A program made the position numbers and the translations under genes. Of a DNA stretch of 64,000 bases, positions 48,755 through 57,717 are shown piece after piece. Source of the stretch: Bdellovibrionales bacterium (lineage in GTDB: Bacteria; Bdellovibrionota_C; UBA2361; SZUA-149; JAGRAN01); the NCBI GenBank assembly GCA_020434585.1, contig JAGRAN010000007.1, positions 19,239 to 83,238 on the forward strand, given 5' to 3'. The stretch's first letter is position 1, and every line of letters starts with the position of its first letter. Under the pieces are notes generated by a model. The model was not told the origin of the DNA. It did no database searches and worked only from the letters and a program-made list of their open reading frames with translations.

Positions 48755-51514
48755 ATGTCTTCATCCAGATACATTATCGGAATCGACCTTGGCACGAGCA
48801 ATTGTGGCCTGGCCTACATCGACACTCTTAACGCGGACCAAGGAACTCAGCTGCTGCAAATCAGTCAACAACAGACTGAGCAAGCCGTCGGTTCTTCAAG
48901 ATTCCTGCCGTCGTTCTTGTTTCTGCCGCAAAAGCGCGGCGACGTAACTCCGAGTCCAGTCGTCGGTCAATTTGCCAAGAGACAGTTAAGTTACCTTCCC
49001 GGTAGAGTCGTCAGCAGCGCCAAATCTTGGCTCGCCCACCAAGATTCCCTAGGGACAGTCCAAATTCTTCCGTGGGGCAGTGACGAGATTAATTGGCAGG
49101 ACAAAGTTTCAGCCGTCGACGCCAGCGCTGCGTATCTGCAGCACCTTGCCCAAAACTGGAACGAAACCATTGGCAGCATAGAAGCGTCGTATCGCTTTGA
49201 ACAACAACGAGTAATCATCACTGTCCCAGCATCCTTCACCGAAGCCGCCCAAAGTTTGACACTTGAGGCTGCCCGAAAAGCTGGTTTTCCGTCTGACGTG
49301 CGCCTGCTCGAAGAACCCCAGGCCGCTCTGTATTACTGGCTTGAACATCAAGCCGACAGCGCGGACTTAAGCACGGCCCTTGGCCAGATCTTTCCCGACA
49401 TTTCAGACCAGCCGAAGCATGTCTTGGTATGTGATGTGGGCGGCGGTACTACGGATTTCAGCTTGTTCGAACTGCGGATGAAATCCGCTGGAGTAGAAAT
49501 CGTTCGTTCTAAGGTCAGCGACCACTTGCTGTTAGGCGGTGACAATATCGACTTTGCACTTGCGGAACACTTGGAACCGCAGCTCCGCAGAAACAATAAG
49601 CCACTCTCTACGGCCGAATGGATTAAACTAACCGCCCAGTGCCGAGAAGCAAAGGAAACTGTCTTTGGGTCCGAGCAAGCTTCGACCGACACTTTTCACA
49701 TCTCAATTGCCGGAAGCGGATCCAGCCTTTTCGACTCGTCAAGAACTGCGTCACTGCCATTAAGCACCTTACAATCTCTGGTGACCTCAGTGTTTTTTCC
49801 GAGCTGCTCAGCCAAAGAAGCCGCACCGCGCATGTTGACCGACCCAAGCGAAATCGGTCTGCCGACCGTAGCGGAACGTGCAATCACCCGCCACCTATCT
49901 ACATTTTTGGATGGAGTTGAGATTGACGGAATTCTTTACGCCGGAGGCTCTCTCGCACCACGGTTCTTGCGCGACAGAATTACGGAAATTGTCTCCTCAT
50001 GGATGCAAGGAGAGTTGGTCGTTCTTGAGAATCCTGAGATAAGTGAAGCCGTAGCACGAGGCGCCGCACGCTTTGGCCACGTCCTCGAGCATCCGAAAGA
50101 TGTAATTCACGGTGGATATCCCCGCTCACTTTATATCGAAGTTGAAGGACGAAAACATGGCAAGAAATTGATTTGCATTGTGGCCAAAGGCGCTGCGCTC
50201 GGTACTTCCATCGAGTTGGATTCCCAGCCTCTGCGAGCTCTTGTAAATCAGCCGATTCGCATTCAACCTTATTACTCAAGCAGTCGTTCCACTGATGCCG
50301 TCGGTGACATTATAGACTTCGCGGAGACTCACGAGATCCATCCTCTCCCTATGCTTCAAACCGTGCTGGAACTTCCTCCGGGACGCCCACGTCCACCGCA
50401 CGATCAGCTGCAGGTCAATCTAAACGCCACAATCTCTGAAACCGGACTACTCAACGTAACTTGTCATGAAGCTGCCCAGTCGAGCACAGCTGCACATGCC
50501 TGGGCGTTAACCTTTAACGTGCGCAACCAAGCAGAAGAGAATCCAGAAAGTACTGTTGAAGAAGAATCACAGTTTGAACTTCCCACAGGATTTGAACCCG
50601 CTTGCGAAGAAATTGAGGCTGTATTCGGCAAGGCAAAGCAAACCACAGCAGACATTAAACCAAAACGATTGGTTTCTTCGATGGAGCGGTTGCTGTCCCA
50701 AAAGCGCGCCGACTGGCACCCACTTTTGCTGAGGAAATTTTGGCCGGTACTCGAGCGAGGTATGGCAAGAAGAAACCGGAGCGTCGCGCATGAATCTACT
50801 TGGCTCTATCTGGCTGGATTCTTACTACGTCCTGGATACGGTACATCAGTCGATTCAACTTATATGCTTCAGCTTTGGAGATGCTTTGATTCAGGCCTGC
50901 GGAACCCAAAAGAAGCTCAAGTTGCCGATCAATGGAACATTATGTGGCGGCGAGTTGCAGGAGGACTCGAGCAGGCTAAACAAGAACAATTATTTCACCT
51001 CACTTCGCCCAAGATATTCAACAAGGGAAAATCCGCCAGTCTTGAATCGATCCGTTTAGCTTGCTCGCTTGAACGCATTTCGATTGAGGCCAAAGAAAAG
51101 ATGGGCTCGTATCTTCTCAAGCGCATCTGTGCAAAGGGCGCCGCAGCTCGTGAACACCTGATGTGGGAACTGGGCAGACTTAGCTGCCGTGTTCCGATGT
51201 ACGCCAGCACTCAGCATGCAGTCCCGCCTGACATTCTCATGAATTGGTTTGGCAAGCTGCAAAATGTAGATTGGTCGAAAAGTGAATTAACCCGCTTTCA
51301 AGCAATTTTTTCTCAAGCATGCCGAGTTTCTGGTGATCGCAGCGTGGACTTGAGTTTAGATCAACAGGCTCAAGTACTGCAGTTTATGCGAGGAACCGGG
51401 GCTCCAACTGACTGCATCAACGTTATCGAGAATTTCGTTGAATCAAGCGATCAAGACAAGCGGATGCTCTTCGGAGAATCACTTCCCCTCGGACTAAAGC
51501 TCGTAAAATCCTAA
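48755..51514 (+). CDS. Atypical Hsp70-family protein (919 aa) with a non-canonical C-terminal region
   Basis: The N-terminal NBD motifs are clear: IIGIDLGTSNCGLAYID (phosphate 1) and VLVCDVGGGTTDFSLFEL (phosphate 2). Beyond the NBD the sequence does not resemble a DnaK substrate-binding domain. Confidence 0.8.
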   Translation: MSSSRYIIGIDLGTSNCGLAYIDTLNADQGTQLLQISQQQTEQAVGSSRFLPSFLFLPQKRGDVTPSPVVGQFAKRQLSYLPGRVVSSAKSWLAHQDSLGTVQILPWGSDEINWQDKVSAVDASAAYLQHLAQNWNETIGSIEASYRFEQQRVIITVPASFTEAAQSLTLEAARKAGFPSDVRLLEEPQAALYYWLEHQADSADLSTALGQIFPDISDQPKHVLVCDVGGGTTDFSLFELRMKSAGVEIVRSKVSDHLLLGGDNIDFALAEHLEPQLRRNNKPLSTAEWIKLTAQCREAKETVFGSEQASTDTFHISIAGSGSSLFDSSRTASLPLSTLQSLVTSVFFPSCSAKEAAPRMLTDPSEIGLPTVAERAITRHLSTFLDGVEIDGILYAGGSLAPRFLRDRITEIVSSWMQGELVVLENPEISEAVARGAARFGHVLEHPKDVIHGGYPRSLYIEVEGRKHGKKLICIVAKGAALGTSIELDSQPLRALVNQPIRIQPYYSSSRSTDAVGDIIDFAETHEIHPLPMLQTVLELPPGRPRPPHDQLQVNLNATISETGLLNVTCHEAAQSSTAAHAWALTFNVRNQAEENPESTVEEESQFELPTGFEPACEEIEAVFGKAKQTTADIKPKRLVSSMERLLSQKRADWHPLLLRKFWPVLERGMARRNRSVAHESTWLYLAGFLLRPGYGTSVDSTYMLQLWRCFDSGLRNPKEAQVADQWNIMWRRVAGGLEQAKQEQLFHLTSPKIFNKGKSASLESIRLACSLERISIEAKEKMGSYLLKRICAKGAAAREHLMWELGRLSCRVPMYASTQHAVPPDILMNWFGKLQNVDWSKSELTRFQAIFSQACRVSGDRSVDLSLDQQAQVLQFMRGTGAPTDCINVIENFVESSDQDKRMLFGESLPLGLKLVKS

Positions 51515-51604
51515 ATTCCCCATGCCTAAGCTCGGCTTTTTAAAATTGCGCCCTAGCAAGTCCAAGGGGGAAAGGCTATCCTCTACCTACTGAACGAGGA
51601 GTGC

Positions 51605-52006
51605 TTGAGATTCATGAAAGACGCTTTTTTGATGGTGACAACTCCCGATTTACCCGGGCATGAGATAGAAAAATGTCTCGGTGTCGTGTGGGGTGAAGCT
51701 GTTATTAACATCAACGTATTTCGGGAAGCCTTGTCTACTATCACTGAAATTCTTGGGGCAAGGTCTCGCCCTTTCGAGAGTCGCCTTAAGGCAGCGCGAA
51801 CTATTGCGCTAAACGAAATGATTCTTCAAGCAGCGAAGCGAGACGCAAATGCGATTGTCGGTCTGCACTTTACCCACGAGACACCTCGCGGTTCGATGAT
51901 AATGGTTGTCGCCAGTGGGACTGCAGTTCGCGCCAAAGGTCCATCGGTCGATACAAGTTCCGATAAATCAGCTGAAACTGAGCAGAATAACGGCGACGCC
52001 TCCTAA
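51605..52006 (+). CDS. ybjQ: YbjQ/UPF0145 family protein
   Basis: The segment GVVWGEAVININVFREALSTITEILGARSRPFESRLKAARTIALNEMILQAAKRDANAIVGLHF...GSMIMVVASGTAVRA aligns well with E. coli YbjQ. Confidence 0.75.
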   Translation: MRFMKDAFLMVTTPDLPGHEIEKCLGVVWGEAVININVFREALSTITEILGARSRPFESRLKAARTIALNEMILQAAKRDANAIVGLHFTHETPRGSMIMVVASGTAVRAKGPSVDTSSDKSAETEQNNGDAS

Positions 52007-52014
52007 CCTGAGAG

Positions 52015-52299
52015 CTACAGTCTGCCGTTTAGCTGAACCCGTAAATTTCCAACAAACGATTCGAGGTTGTCGACGGCTTTGTCGAAATCATCTTCAATAA
52101 AAGTGGAGCTAAAAATTGCCTGAGTCTCAGGGGTAAGAGTTTCTAGAGTAACAGACGCACCGTTTACGCGAATTGTGACTTGAGATCCGATTATATCGCT
52201 TAGAACAAGAGAACTCCCGGAAGTCATGTCAAGCCTATCGCCAGCCGAATTTATGCGGATGGTAAATCCTTCGTTGTTTGCTTCGAATATACGAGACAT
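52015..52299 (-). CDS. Hypothetical small protein
   Basis: GAGGGGAAA lies immediately upstream of the ATG. 94 aa with a plausible composition and no recognisable family. Confidence 0.35.
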   Translation of the reverse strand: MSRIFEANNEGFTIRINSAGDRLDMTSGSSLVLSDIIGSQVTIRVNGASVTLETLTPETQAIFSSTFIEDDFDKAVDNLESFVGNLRVQLNGRL

Positions 52300-52502
52300 T
52301 TTCCCCTCAGAAAGTTTGTCAAAGAGACAATTATAGTGGCTCTGGTGACCCTAATCGAGTCCCCCAGCCAACTAGATGCTCATAAAACCACGAGCGATTC
52401 GTGAAGGTTTCGTTTGAAATCAGCGAGTTCACCGACTCTCGACACACATCTTCTGCATACCGGTTTTCTAAGAAACCATTACTCATTGTACAAAATGCTG
52501 TA

Positions 52503-52537
52503 GCAGCCGGTCGGGAATACTCTTCCCAACCGGCTGC
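52503..52537 (-). terminator. Hairpin terminator of the GC-rich hypothetical gene
   Basis: GCAGCCGGTCGGGAA-tactc-TTCCCAACCGGCTGC, a 15-bp stem with one mismatch, 20 nt after stop codon 52557. On the minus strand it is followed by ATTTTG. Confidence 0.4.
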
Positions 52538-52556
52538 TTGCTGGCCTGCATCTTGA

Positions 52557-53021
52557 TCAATCCAGAGCGCTCGGCCTCGGCAAGTTTCTGCTTTGCAGCC
52601 ACATGAGCGCTTCCCGCCGCAGCTTGCACTCTTCTTCCAGCCGTTCCGTGAGCGGCAGCTTGTCGTAGGCGCCGTGAAGTAGGTCGACGAAGTTCCTGGT
52701 GTCGCGATGCTCGTACTCCCCGTTCGGAAAGTCACGGTACGCAACCCAGATGAGCTCGAAGCGCCCCATAACCACCTCGAAGAGGTGAAAACGCTGTCGA
52801 TACGCTCCGCCATCGTCAGCTGCGATGACGAGCACGTAGGGTGCCGCCATGAGCACAACGCTCTTCGAACGACTCTTGGCGTCGAGGTGACCAGCTACGT
52901 CCGAACGACGCCCGCTGAGGACCAGTCGGCAACCTCCTTTGTCGCCGGGAAACAGCTCGATAGGGCTCGAATTCCCGCAACGAACGCTCTCGACAATCGG
53001 GCGAAATTCACGTGGTATCAC
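52557..53021 (-). CDS. Hypothetical protein on a GC-rich island
   Basis: GTG start with GGAGG 7 nt upstream. 154 aa with GC3-biased codons. The antisense ORF 52331..52858 is Ser/Thr/Arg/Trp-rich junk. Confidence 0.45.
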   Translation of the reverse strand: MIPREFRPIVESVRCGNSSPIELFPGDKGGCRLVLSGRRSDVAGHLDAKSRSKSVVLMAAPYVLVIAADDGGAYRQRFHLFEVVMGRFELIWVAYRDFPNGEYEHRDTRNFVDLLHGAYDKLPLTERLEEECKLRREALMWLQSRNLPRPSALD

Positions 53022-53210
53022 TACCTTACCTCCGGGTAACTGACTTGACTTGCCAGGGCGCCATGGGCAACCCTCCTACCAGCGACCATTTAAACGAACC
53101 GTTTCGCCGGTATGCAGTAAAGGTGTGTCTCGATTACTCGTTAAATAAGGCAAAGAACCAGAAAAATGTGTTGGCAGCACATACTCTTATAGCAGCTAAT
53201 TAGTGTGTTA

Positions 53211-54026
53211 TCAAGATGCCTTGCCGCGCGACCTTCTCTCAGTCCAGCTAAATGCCCCTAACACAACCCTTCCTCCTCCTTCGCTGGTTTTGGAGGGCGC
53301 ATGGTCTAGGTCGTGTTTCGCCAAGTATGCACGCGCACGCTTGTGAAACCGTTCTCCTTCTTTAAGCAGCCACTTGCGAATAACTGGCAGCATAGCAGGC
53401 GATATATTGTCGAATTCAGTCCTCAAATGAAGGTTACGAGTCTCCGGCCCAACAAGCACATTTTCCTCTACGGCCGACGATATTGCCTTAATATCTCTGT
53501 AAAGCAGGTTCATCCCCCTGGACTGCATGGAATGGTAGGACTGAGCGCTGGCCAATCTTACTATTCGCTCGCCGCGAACTTCTGCCAGCTGTCGTCTCAG
53601 TAATTCCTTTCTTGTCGCTAGAATATCAGCGTTTTTGTCGACACTTCTAACAAGTTGGCCAAACTGGTTGTTCTTACCTTTAAATGAAAGCGGCTGCGGG
53701 GTGTTAGTCTCGTCGCAAAATAGCTTATTGACCTCCCAAGCACACAATAGTTTCGCGATAATCCCTGGTGTGAACTCCGCGCTTCCTGGTTTGCGCCGAT
53801 AATCACGAACCTGCATCTTCGAAAGCCCTGTCAGTATCTCTAGCTGACTTTCGCTGCTTACCCCTTGGCTTTTAAGAAGTTCTGTCTCGGCTACCTCTAC
53901 AAATAACTTTCGTACCGCATCGACTACTTCAGACGCATTAATTGCACGCTCTATGCAGCATTCAATTAGCGGCCTCAGTGTCGGACATAGCAGCTGCTCC
54001 GAAACTCTCTGCTGTCGCTTACTCAT
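53211..54026 (-). CDS. Hypothetical protein (possible DNA-binding regulator)
   Basis: 271 aa, basic and helical. I cannot assign a family. A perfect 7-1-7 palindrome lies 26 bp upstream of its start. Confidence 0.45.
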   Translation of the reverse strand: MSKRQQRVSEQLLCPTLRPLIECCIERAINASEVVDAVRKLFVEVAETELLKSQGVSSESQLEILTGLSKMQVRDYRRKPGSAEFTPGIIAKLLCAWEVNKLFCDETNTPQPLSFKGKNNQFGQLVRSVDKNADILATRKELLRRQLAEVRGERIVRLASAQSYHSMQSRGMNLLYRDIKAISSAVEENVLVGPETRNLHLRTEFDNISPAMLPVIRKWLLKEGERFHKRARAYLAKHDLDHAPSKTSEGGGRVVLGAFSWTERRSRGKAS

Positions 54027-54198
54027 TTGGCAAACCCCTGCGCTATTGTTATGTGTGAATCACACAGTCTTATGACTTTTAATACGTCATTTTTATCAAC
54101 AAACTTTAGCTTAGCGTGCTAAGCGAGTTCCCTCAGCGCTTTAACCTGTTGTAAATACTTGTATAAGTTTCAAAACTGCGAATCTGCAGAAAATAATT

Positions 54199-54227
54199 TT
54201 GCATCCCGGCTCATTTCCGTGTAATAT
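54199..54227 (+). promoter_or_regulatory. Sigma70-like promoter (TTGCAT - 17 nt - TAATAT)
   Basis: -35 TTGCAT at 54199-54204 and -10 TAATAT at 54222-54227, with a 17-nt spacer and an A-rich discriminator. Read directly from the sequence. Confidence 0.4.
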
Positions 54228-54460
54228 AAAAAATGTGCTGATAACACATAATATGCAACACAAGGAGGGAAGCCCGTCATAACAAGAGAAAGTAAGCAAA
54301 AAGTCGACAGGCGACTCTCTGAAGCAAAAGATTTTGCAGAATTTTAAGGATTTACCCTCAACGACAACGTAACAACCTACCCGAAGGGTTCCCGCCCCTC
54401 CCCAGCTAACGGAACCCTTCACCCTTCTTAACTGGACCTCTCACATTTATGTGAATCCAA

Positions 54461-54492
54461 ATCCCGGGTTTCCCTCACCCGGGATTTTTTTA
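54461..54492 (+). terminator. Rho-independent terminator with no upstream protein-coding gene
   Basis: ATCCCGGGT-ttccctc-ACCCGGGAT, a 9-bp stem, followed by TTTTTTT. It lies about 100 nt upstream of the sulfatase-like CDS. Confidence 0.6.
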
Positions 54493-54590
54493 TGTACTCA
54501 AGCGAATATGCTAGATTTTCTGTCTTAGAAATGGATGCTGGTCCAATTTATGAAACTTGGACCGGAAGTTAAGAATTTGTTGCTCACCGC

Positions 54591-56192
54591 ATGCAAAGCA
54601 AGCCACTTATCGAAAAACCTATTTACCCTCTGCTCTTCGCTATTTACCCCTTTCTCTATCTGTATGCAGAGAATTCGGATATCGCATCGCTGGGCGACCT
54701 GCTCGTCACTTGCACGGCTGCCGTGTTAGGGACCGCCCTAGTATTTTTGATCTTTGCTAAGTTATTTCACTCGACTGCCAAAGGAGCAGTTGCTTCTGCG
54801 GCAGCGGCACTCCTGTTCTGCACTCATGGATATATGTACCAAGGCCTGATGCACTATGCTTGGACGTCAACTTCTGGGGATTTTGTAAGCAGACGGCTGA
54901 GGGCGCTGAATTTTCATTTTGAACTGGGACTAGTCGAGCTGTTTGTTCTGCTAGCTATTCTACTATTACTGCGAAGAACTAGGTCAATTCCGCCGGTTGT
55001 TCCCGCATTTCTCAATACTGTTTCATCCGCTCTAATAATCCTTGCTGCAATCAATTCATTTTCGGTAGGGGCGTCTGACGCAGACCAAACTGACAATCTG
55101 CCAGCAGCTGAGTCTGAACAAGTATCTTCTCAGACCACCCTGCCTGACATTTACTACGTGATTCTAGACGGATACGGCAGGCAAGATAAGCTTCGTGAAC
55201 ACTTCGGATTCGACAATTCGGAGTTTATTGACTGGCTGCGCAGTAAAGGATTCTTCGTTGCGAATCACAGCAGGCCAAATTTTTATTGGACCTATCTGTC
55301 CCTCTCTTCGTCGCTAAATTTCGAGTACATCACATATTTAAGTGAGCGCCTTGGCGAAAAATCAAGAAATCGCACTATCCCGTATCGAATGATTAAGTAC
55401 AACAATCTGATCAAAACCCTCCGCCGGCTCGGATATCGAATTTACCATCTCCAGTCGACTTGGGGTGCAACGATGCATAATCCCGCCGCAGACCGAAACA
55501 TCCCTTGCAGTAATGCCCTTTTCAACAATGAATTCTACCGAGTTGCCGTAGAGGTCACGGCCCTATCAGCATTCCCGCATGTCGTTAGCTTCGACCTTGC
55601 TCAGTGCCACTTGAACAATTTTGCTCATCTTGCAGAGACTGCGACTGAGGACGGGCCTAAATTTATCTTCGCCCATTTCATTCCCCCTCACCATCCGTAC
55701 CTGTTCGACAGCAGCGGCAATATTTTGAGAAACGCGACTGTGTCTAATCAATTCGAGTTTCAAAAGCTGCTTTGGGGCGATCGCAATGCTTACAAAGAGC
55801 AGATTTCTTTTGTTAATAAAAAGGTTCGCGAAGCTGTAGAAAAAATCCTGCAGAATTCGTCCACGCCGCCCATTATTGTCCTACAGTCGGATCATGGACC
55901 GACGCTGTTGCAGGAGACTGACGCTGTAGCGGACGATACTCGGTTGGCGAATTTTACAGCTGTGCTCTCGCCTGGCGCGCCAAATTTGATCCCTGATAAC
56001 ATTACACCAGTGAATATCTTTCGTTTGATATTGCGCCACTACTTTGGTTTGGCTTTAGAGCCTCTACCAAACAGACATTATAAATCTGGTTACCACAGCC
56101 CTTTTGCCTTTGAGGAAGAATTCTTTCCTACGCAAAGTGGTCCGGAGACGCTGAGTCAAGCATCAGCTGGAAATTCGGCGGGCAATCTCTAG
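54591..56192 (+). CDS. Sulfatase-like / alkaline-phosphatase-superfamily membrane protein (LTA-synthase / phosphoethanolamine-transferase-like topology)
   Basis: Four or five N-terminal TM helices, then an extracytoplasmic catalytic-like domain (DIYYVILDGYGRQD...). The family call is approximate. Confidence 0.55.
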   Translation: MQSKPLIEKPIYPLLFAIYPFLYLYAENSDIASLGDLLVTCTAAVLGTALVFLIFAKLFHSTAKGAVASAAAALLFCTHGYMYQGLMHYAWTSTSGDFVSRRLRALNFHFELGLVELFVLLAILLLLRRTRSIPPVVPAFLNTVSSALIILAAINSFSVGASDADQTDNLPAAESEQVSSQTTLPDIYYVILDGYGRQDKLREHFGFDNSEFIDWLRSKGFFVANHSRPNFYWTYLSLSSSLNFEYITYLSERLGEKSRNRTIPYRMIKYNNLIKTLRRLGYRIYHLQSTWGATMHNPAADRNIPCSNALFNNEFYRVAVEVTALSAFPHVVSFDLAQCHLNNFAHLAETATEDGPKFIFAHFIPPHHPYLFDSSGNILRNATVSNQFEFQKLLWGDRNAYKEQISFVNKKVREAVEKILQNSSTPPIIVLQSDHGPTLLQETDAVADDTRLANFTAVLSPGAPNLIPDNITPVNIFRLILRHYFGLALEPLPNRHYKSGYHSPFAFEEEFFPTQSGPETLSQASAGNSAGNL

Positions 56193-57708
56193 TCAGCAGT
56201 GCGCCAGTCGGAACAGTCGGGTAAAGCTCTTCGAAATTGCGGATATCCGTATAGCTGATACGCCTTAGAATTTGGGAGCGGTTCACAGCGTCAGGTGTTT
56301 TAACTCCGGCTGCGGCCAGCAGCTCGACTGCACTCTCTACCGTTTCGTGATGAAAATGGGCTACCCGTTGCTCCTTTTCTTTAGGAACCAGACCCACTGT
56401 TAGCTGAGGGTTGTGAGTTGTAATCCCAGTTGGGCAGGAATTACTGTTGCACTCAAGGGCTTGAATGCAGCCTAACGCTAGCATCATTCCGCGCGCAGAA
56501 TTGCAGTAGTCTGCACCGAGAGCTAAGGTTCGAACGATATCAAATCCTGTAACAATCTTGCCCGAAGCACATATCTTTATTTTATCGCGAAGTCCGAACC
56601 CACGCAGCATATCATCAACAAAGACCAGACCTTCCTTCAGCGGAGTCCCGACGGCGTTTGAAAACTCAAGAGGTGCTGCACCAGTGCCTCCTTCGCCTCC
56701 ATCGACTGTTATATAGTCTGGAGCAATTCCGCTGGCGATCATCGCTTTGCAAATGGCAATAAAATCTACGGGCCGGCCGACACAAAGCTTAAACCCAACA
56801 GGCTTTCCGCCGGAAGCTTCCCTCAGACGCGCAACAAACTCCAACAGGCCTCGGGGAGTTGAGAATGCGCTGTGTGCAGGAGGAGAAAGTACTTTTGTAT
56901 GAGGCTCAACTCCTCTGATCTTCGCAATTTCCGGAGTATTTTTAACTGCCGGAAGAATGCCTCCATGCCCAGGTTTCGCGCCCTGTGACAACTTCACTTC
57001 GATCATGCGGACCGATTCATGACTTGCGTTGGATTTGAACATCTCTTCATCAAACTCGCCGGCTAGAGTTCGGCAGCCAAAATAACCTGTTCCTATCTGC
57101 CAAACCAAGTCACCCCCCGGCTGAAGGTGATAGGGGCTCAACCCGCCTTCTCCGGTATTATGTGCAAATCCGCCAATCCGCGCGCCGCCATTTAGCGCGA
57201 GCACCGCGTTTGCGCTTAAAGAACCAAAGCTCATGGCAGAAATATTCAGCAGGCTAGCGCTGTACGGTTTGGCACAGCCGCTGCCAATGCTAACTCGGGG
57301 ATGGTTGTCCAAATCTTCTAAATGTAGCGGGTTTAATGAATGGTTCAGCCATTCGTATCCGACTTCATATACATCAAGCTGAGTTCCAAAAGGTGTAGTA
57401 TCAAGATCTCGCTTCGCTCGCTGGTATACAACGGACCGGTTAACCCTGTTGAACGGACGACCATTAATATCTGACTCGACGAAATACTGGTAAATTTTTG
57501 GACGCAGATCTTCCATAATGTAGCGTCCTCTACCAACCAGCGGGTAGTTACGCTTAATCGTTTGCTGAGTCTGGAGCATGTCGGAAACTCCGACGGAGAT
57601 CAGCGGTATGACCACAAGCAGCGTCCATAAAATCGGTGTCCAAAAAACTGAGACGGCTAGAATAAAAATCAGCACAGCTGCTGAAGAAACAACAAATACT
57701 TTTCTCAT
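56128..57708 (-). CDS. Glutamate-synthase-domain-2-like FMN-dependent oxidoreductase (COG0069 family) with an N-terminal TM anchor
   Basis: ISAMSFGSLS...GEGG...VWQIGTGYFGCR and the downstream Gly-rich FMN/Fe-S region are typical of GltB domain 2 homologues. Confidence 0.8.
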   Translation of the reverse strand: MRKVFVVSSAAVLIFILAVSVFWTPILWTLLVVIPLISVGVSDMLQTQQTIKRNYPLVGRGRYIMEDLRPKIYQYFVESDINGRPFNRVNRSVVYQRAKRDLDTTPFGTQLDVYEVGYEWLNHSLNPLHLEDLDNHPRVSIGSGCAKPYSASLLNISAMSFGSLSANAVLALNGGARIGGFAHNTGEGGLSPYHLQPGGDLVWQIGTGYFGCRTLAGEFDEEMFKSNASHESVRMIEVKLSQGAKPGHGGILPAVKNTPEIAKIRGVEPHTKVLSPPAHSAFSTPRGLLEFVARLREASGGKPVGFKLCVGRPVDFIAICKAMIASGIAPDYITVDGGEGGTGAAPLEFSNAVGTPLKEGLVFVDDMLRGFGLRDKIKICASGKIVTGFDIVRTLALGADYCNSARGMMLALGCIQALECNSNSCPTGITTHNPQLTVGLVPKEKEQRVAHFHHETVESAVELLAAAGVKTPDAVNRSQILRRISYTDIRNFEELYPTVPTGALLTRDCPPNFQLMLDSASPDHFA

Positions 57709-57717
57709 AGGTGCTTC

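Noticed and set aside
52331-52858. 175-aa minus-strand ORF in another frame of the GC-rich hypothetical gene (also plus-strand ORF 52707..53039)
   Set aside because: Implausible composition. The 52557..53021 frame has a Shine-Dalgarno, a GTG start and a terminator.
54141-54422. 93-aa minus-strand ORF inside the structured intergenic region
   Set aside because: Cys/Phe-rich and implausible. The region is better explained as promoter, RNA structure and terminator on the plus strand.
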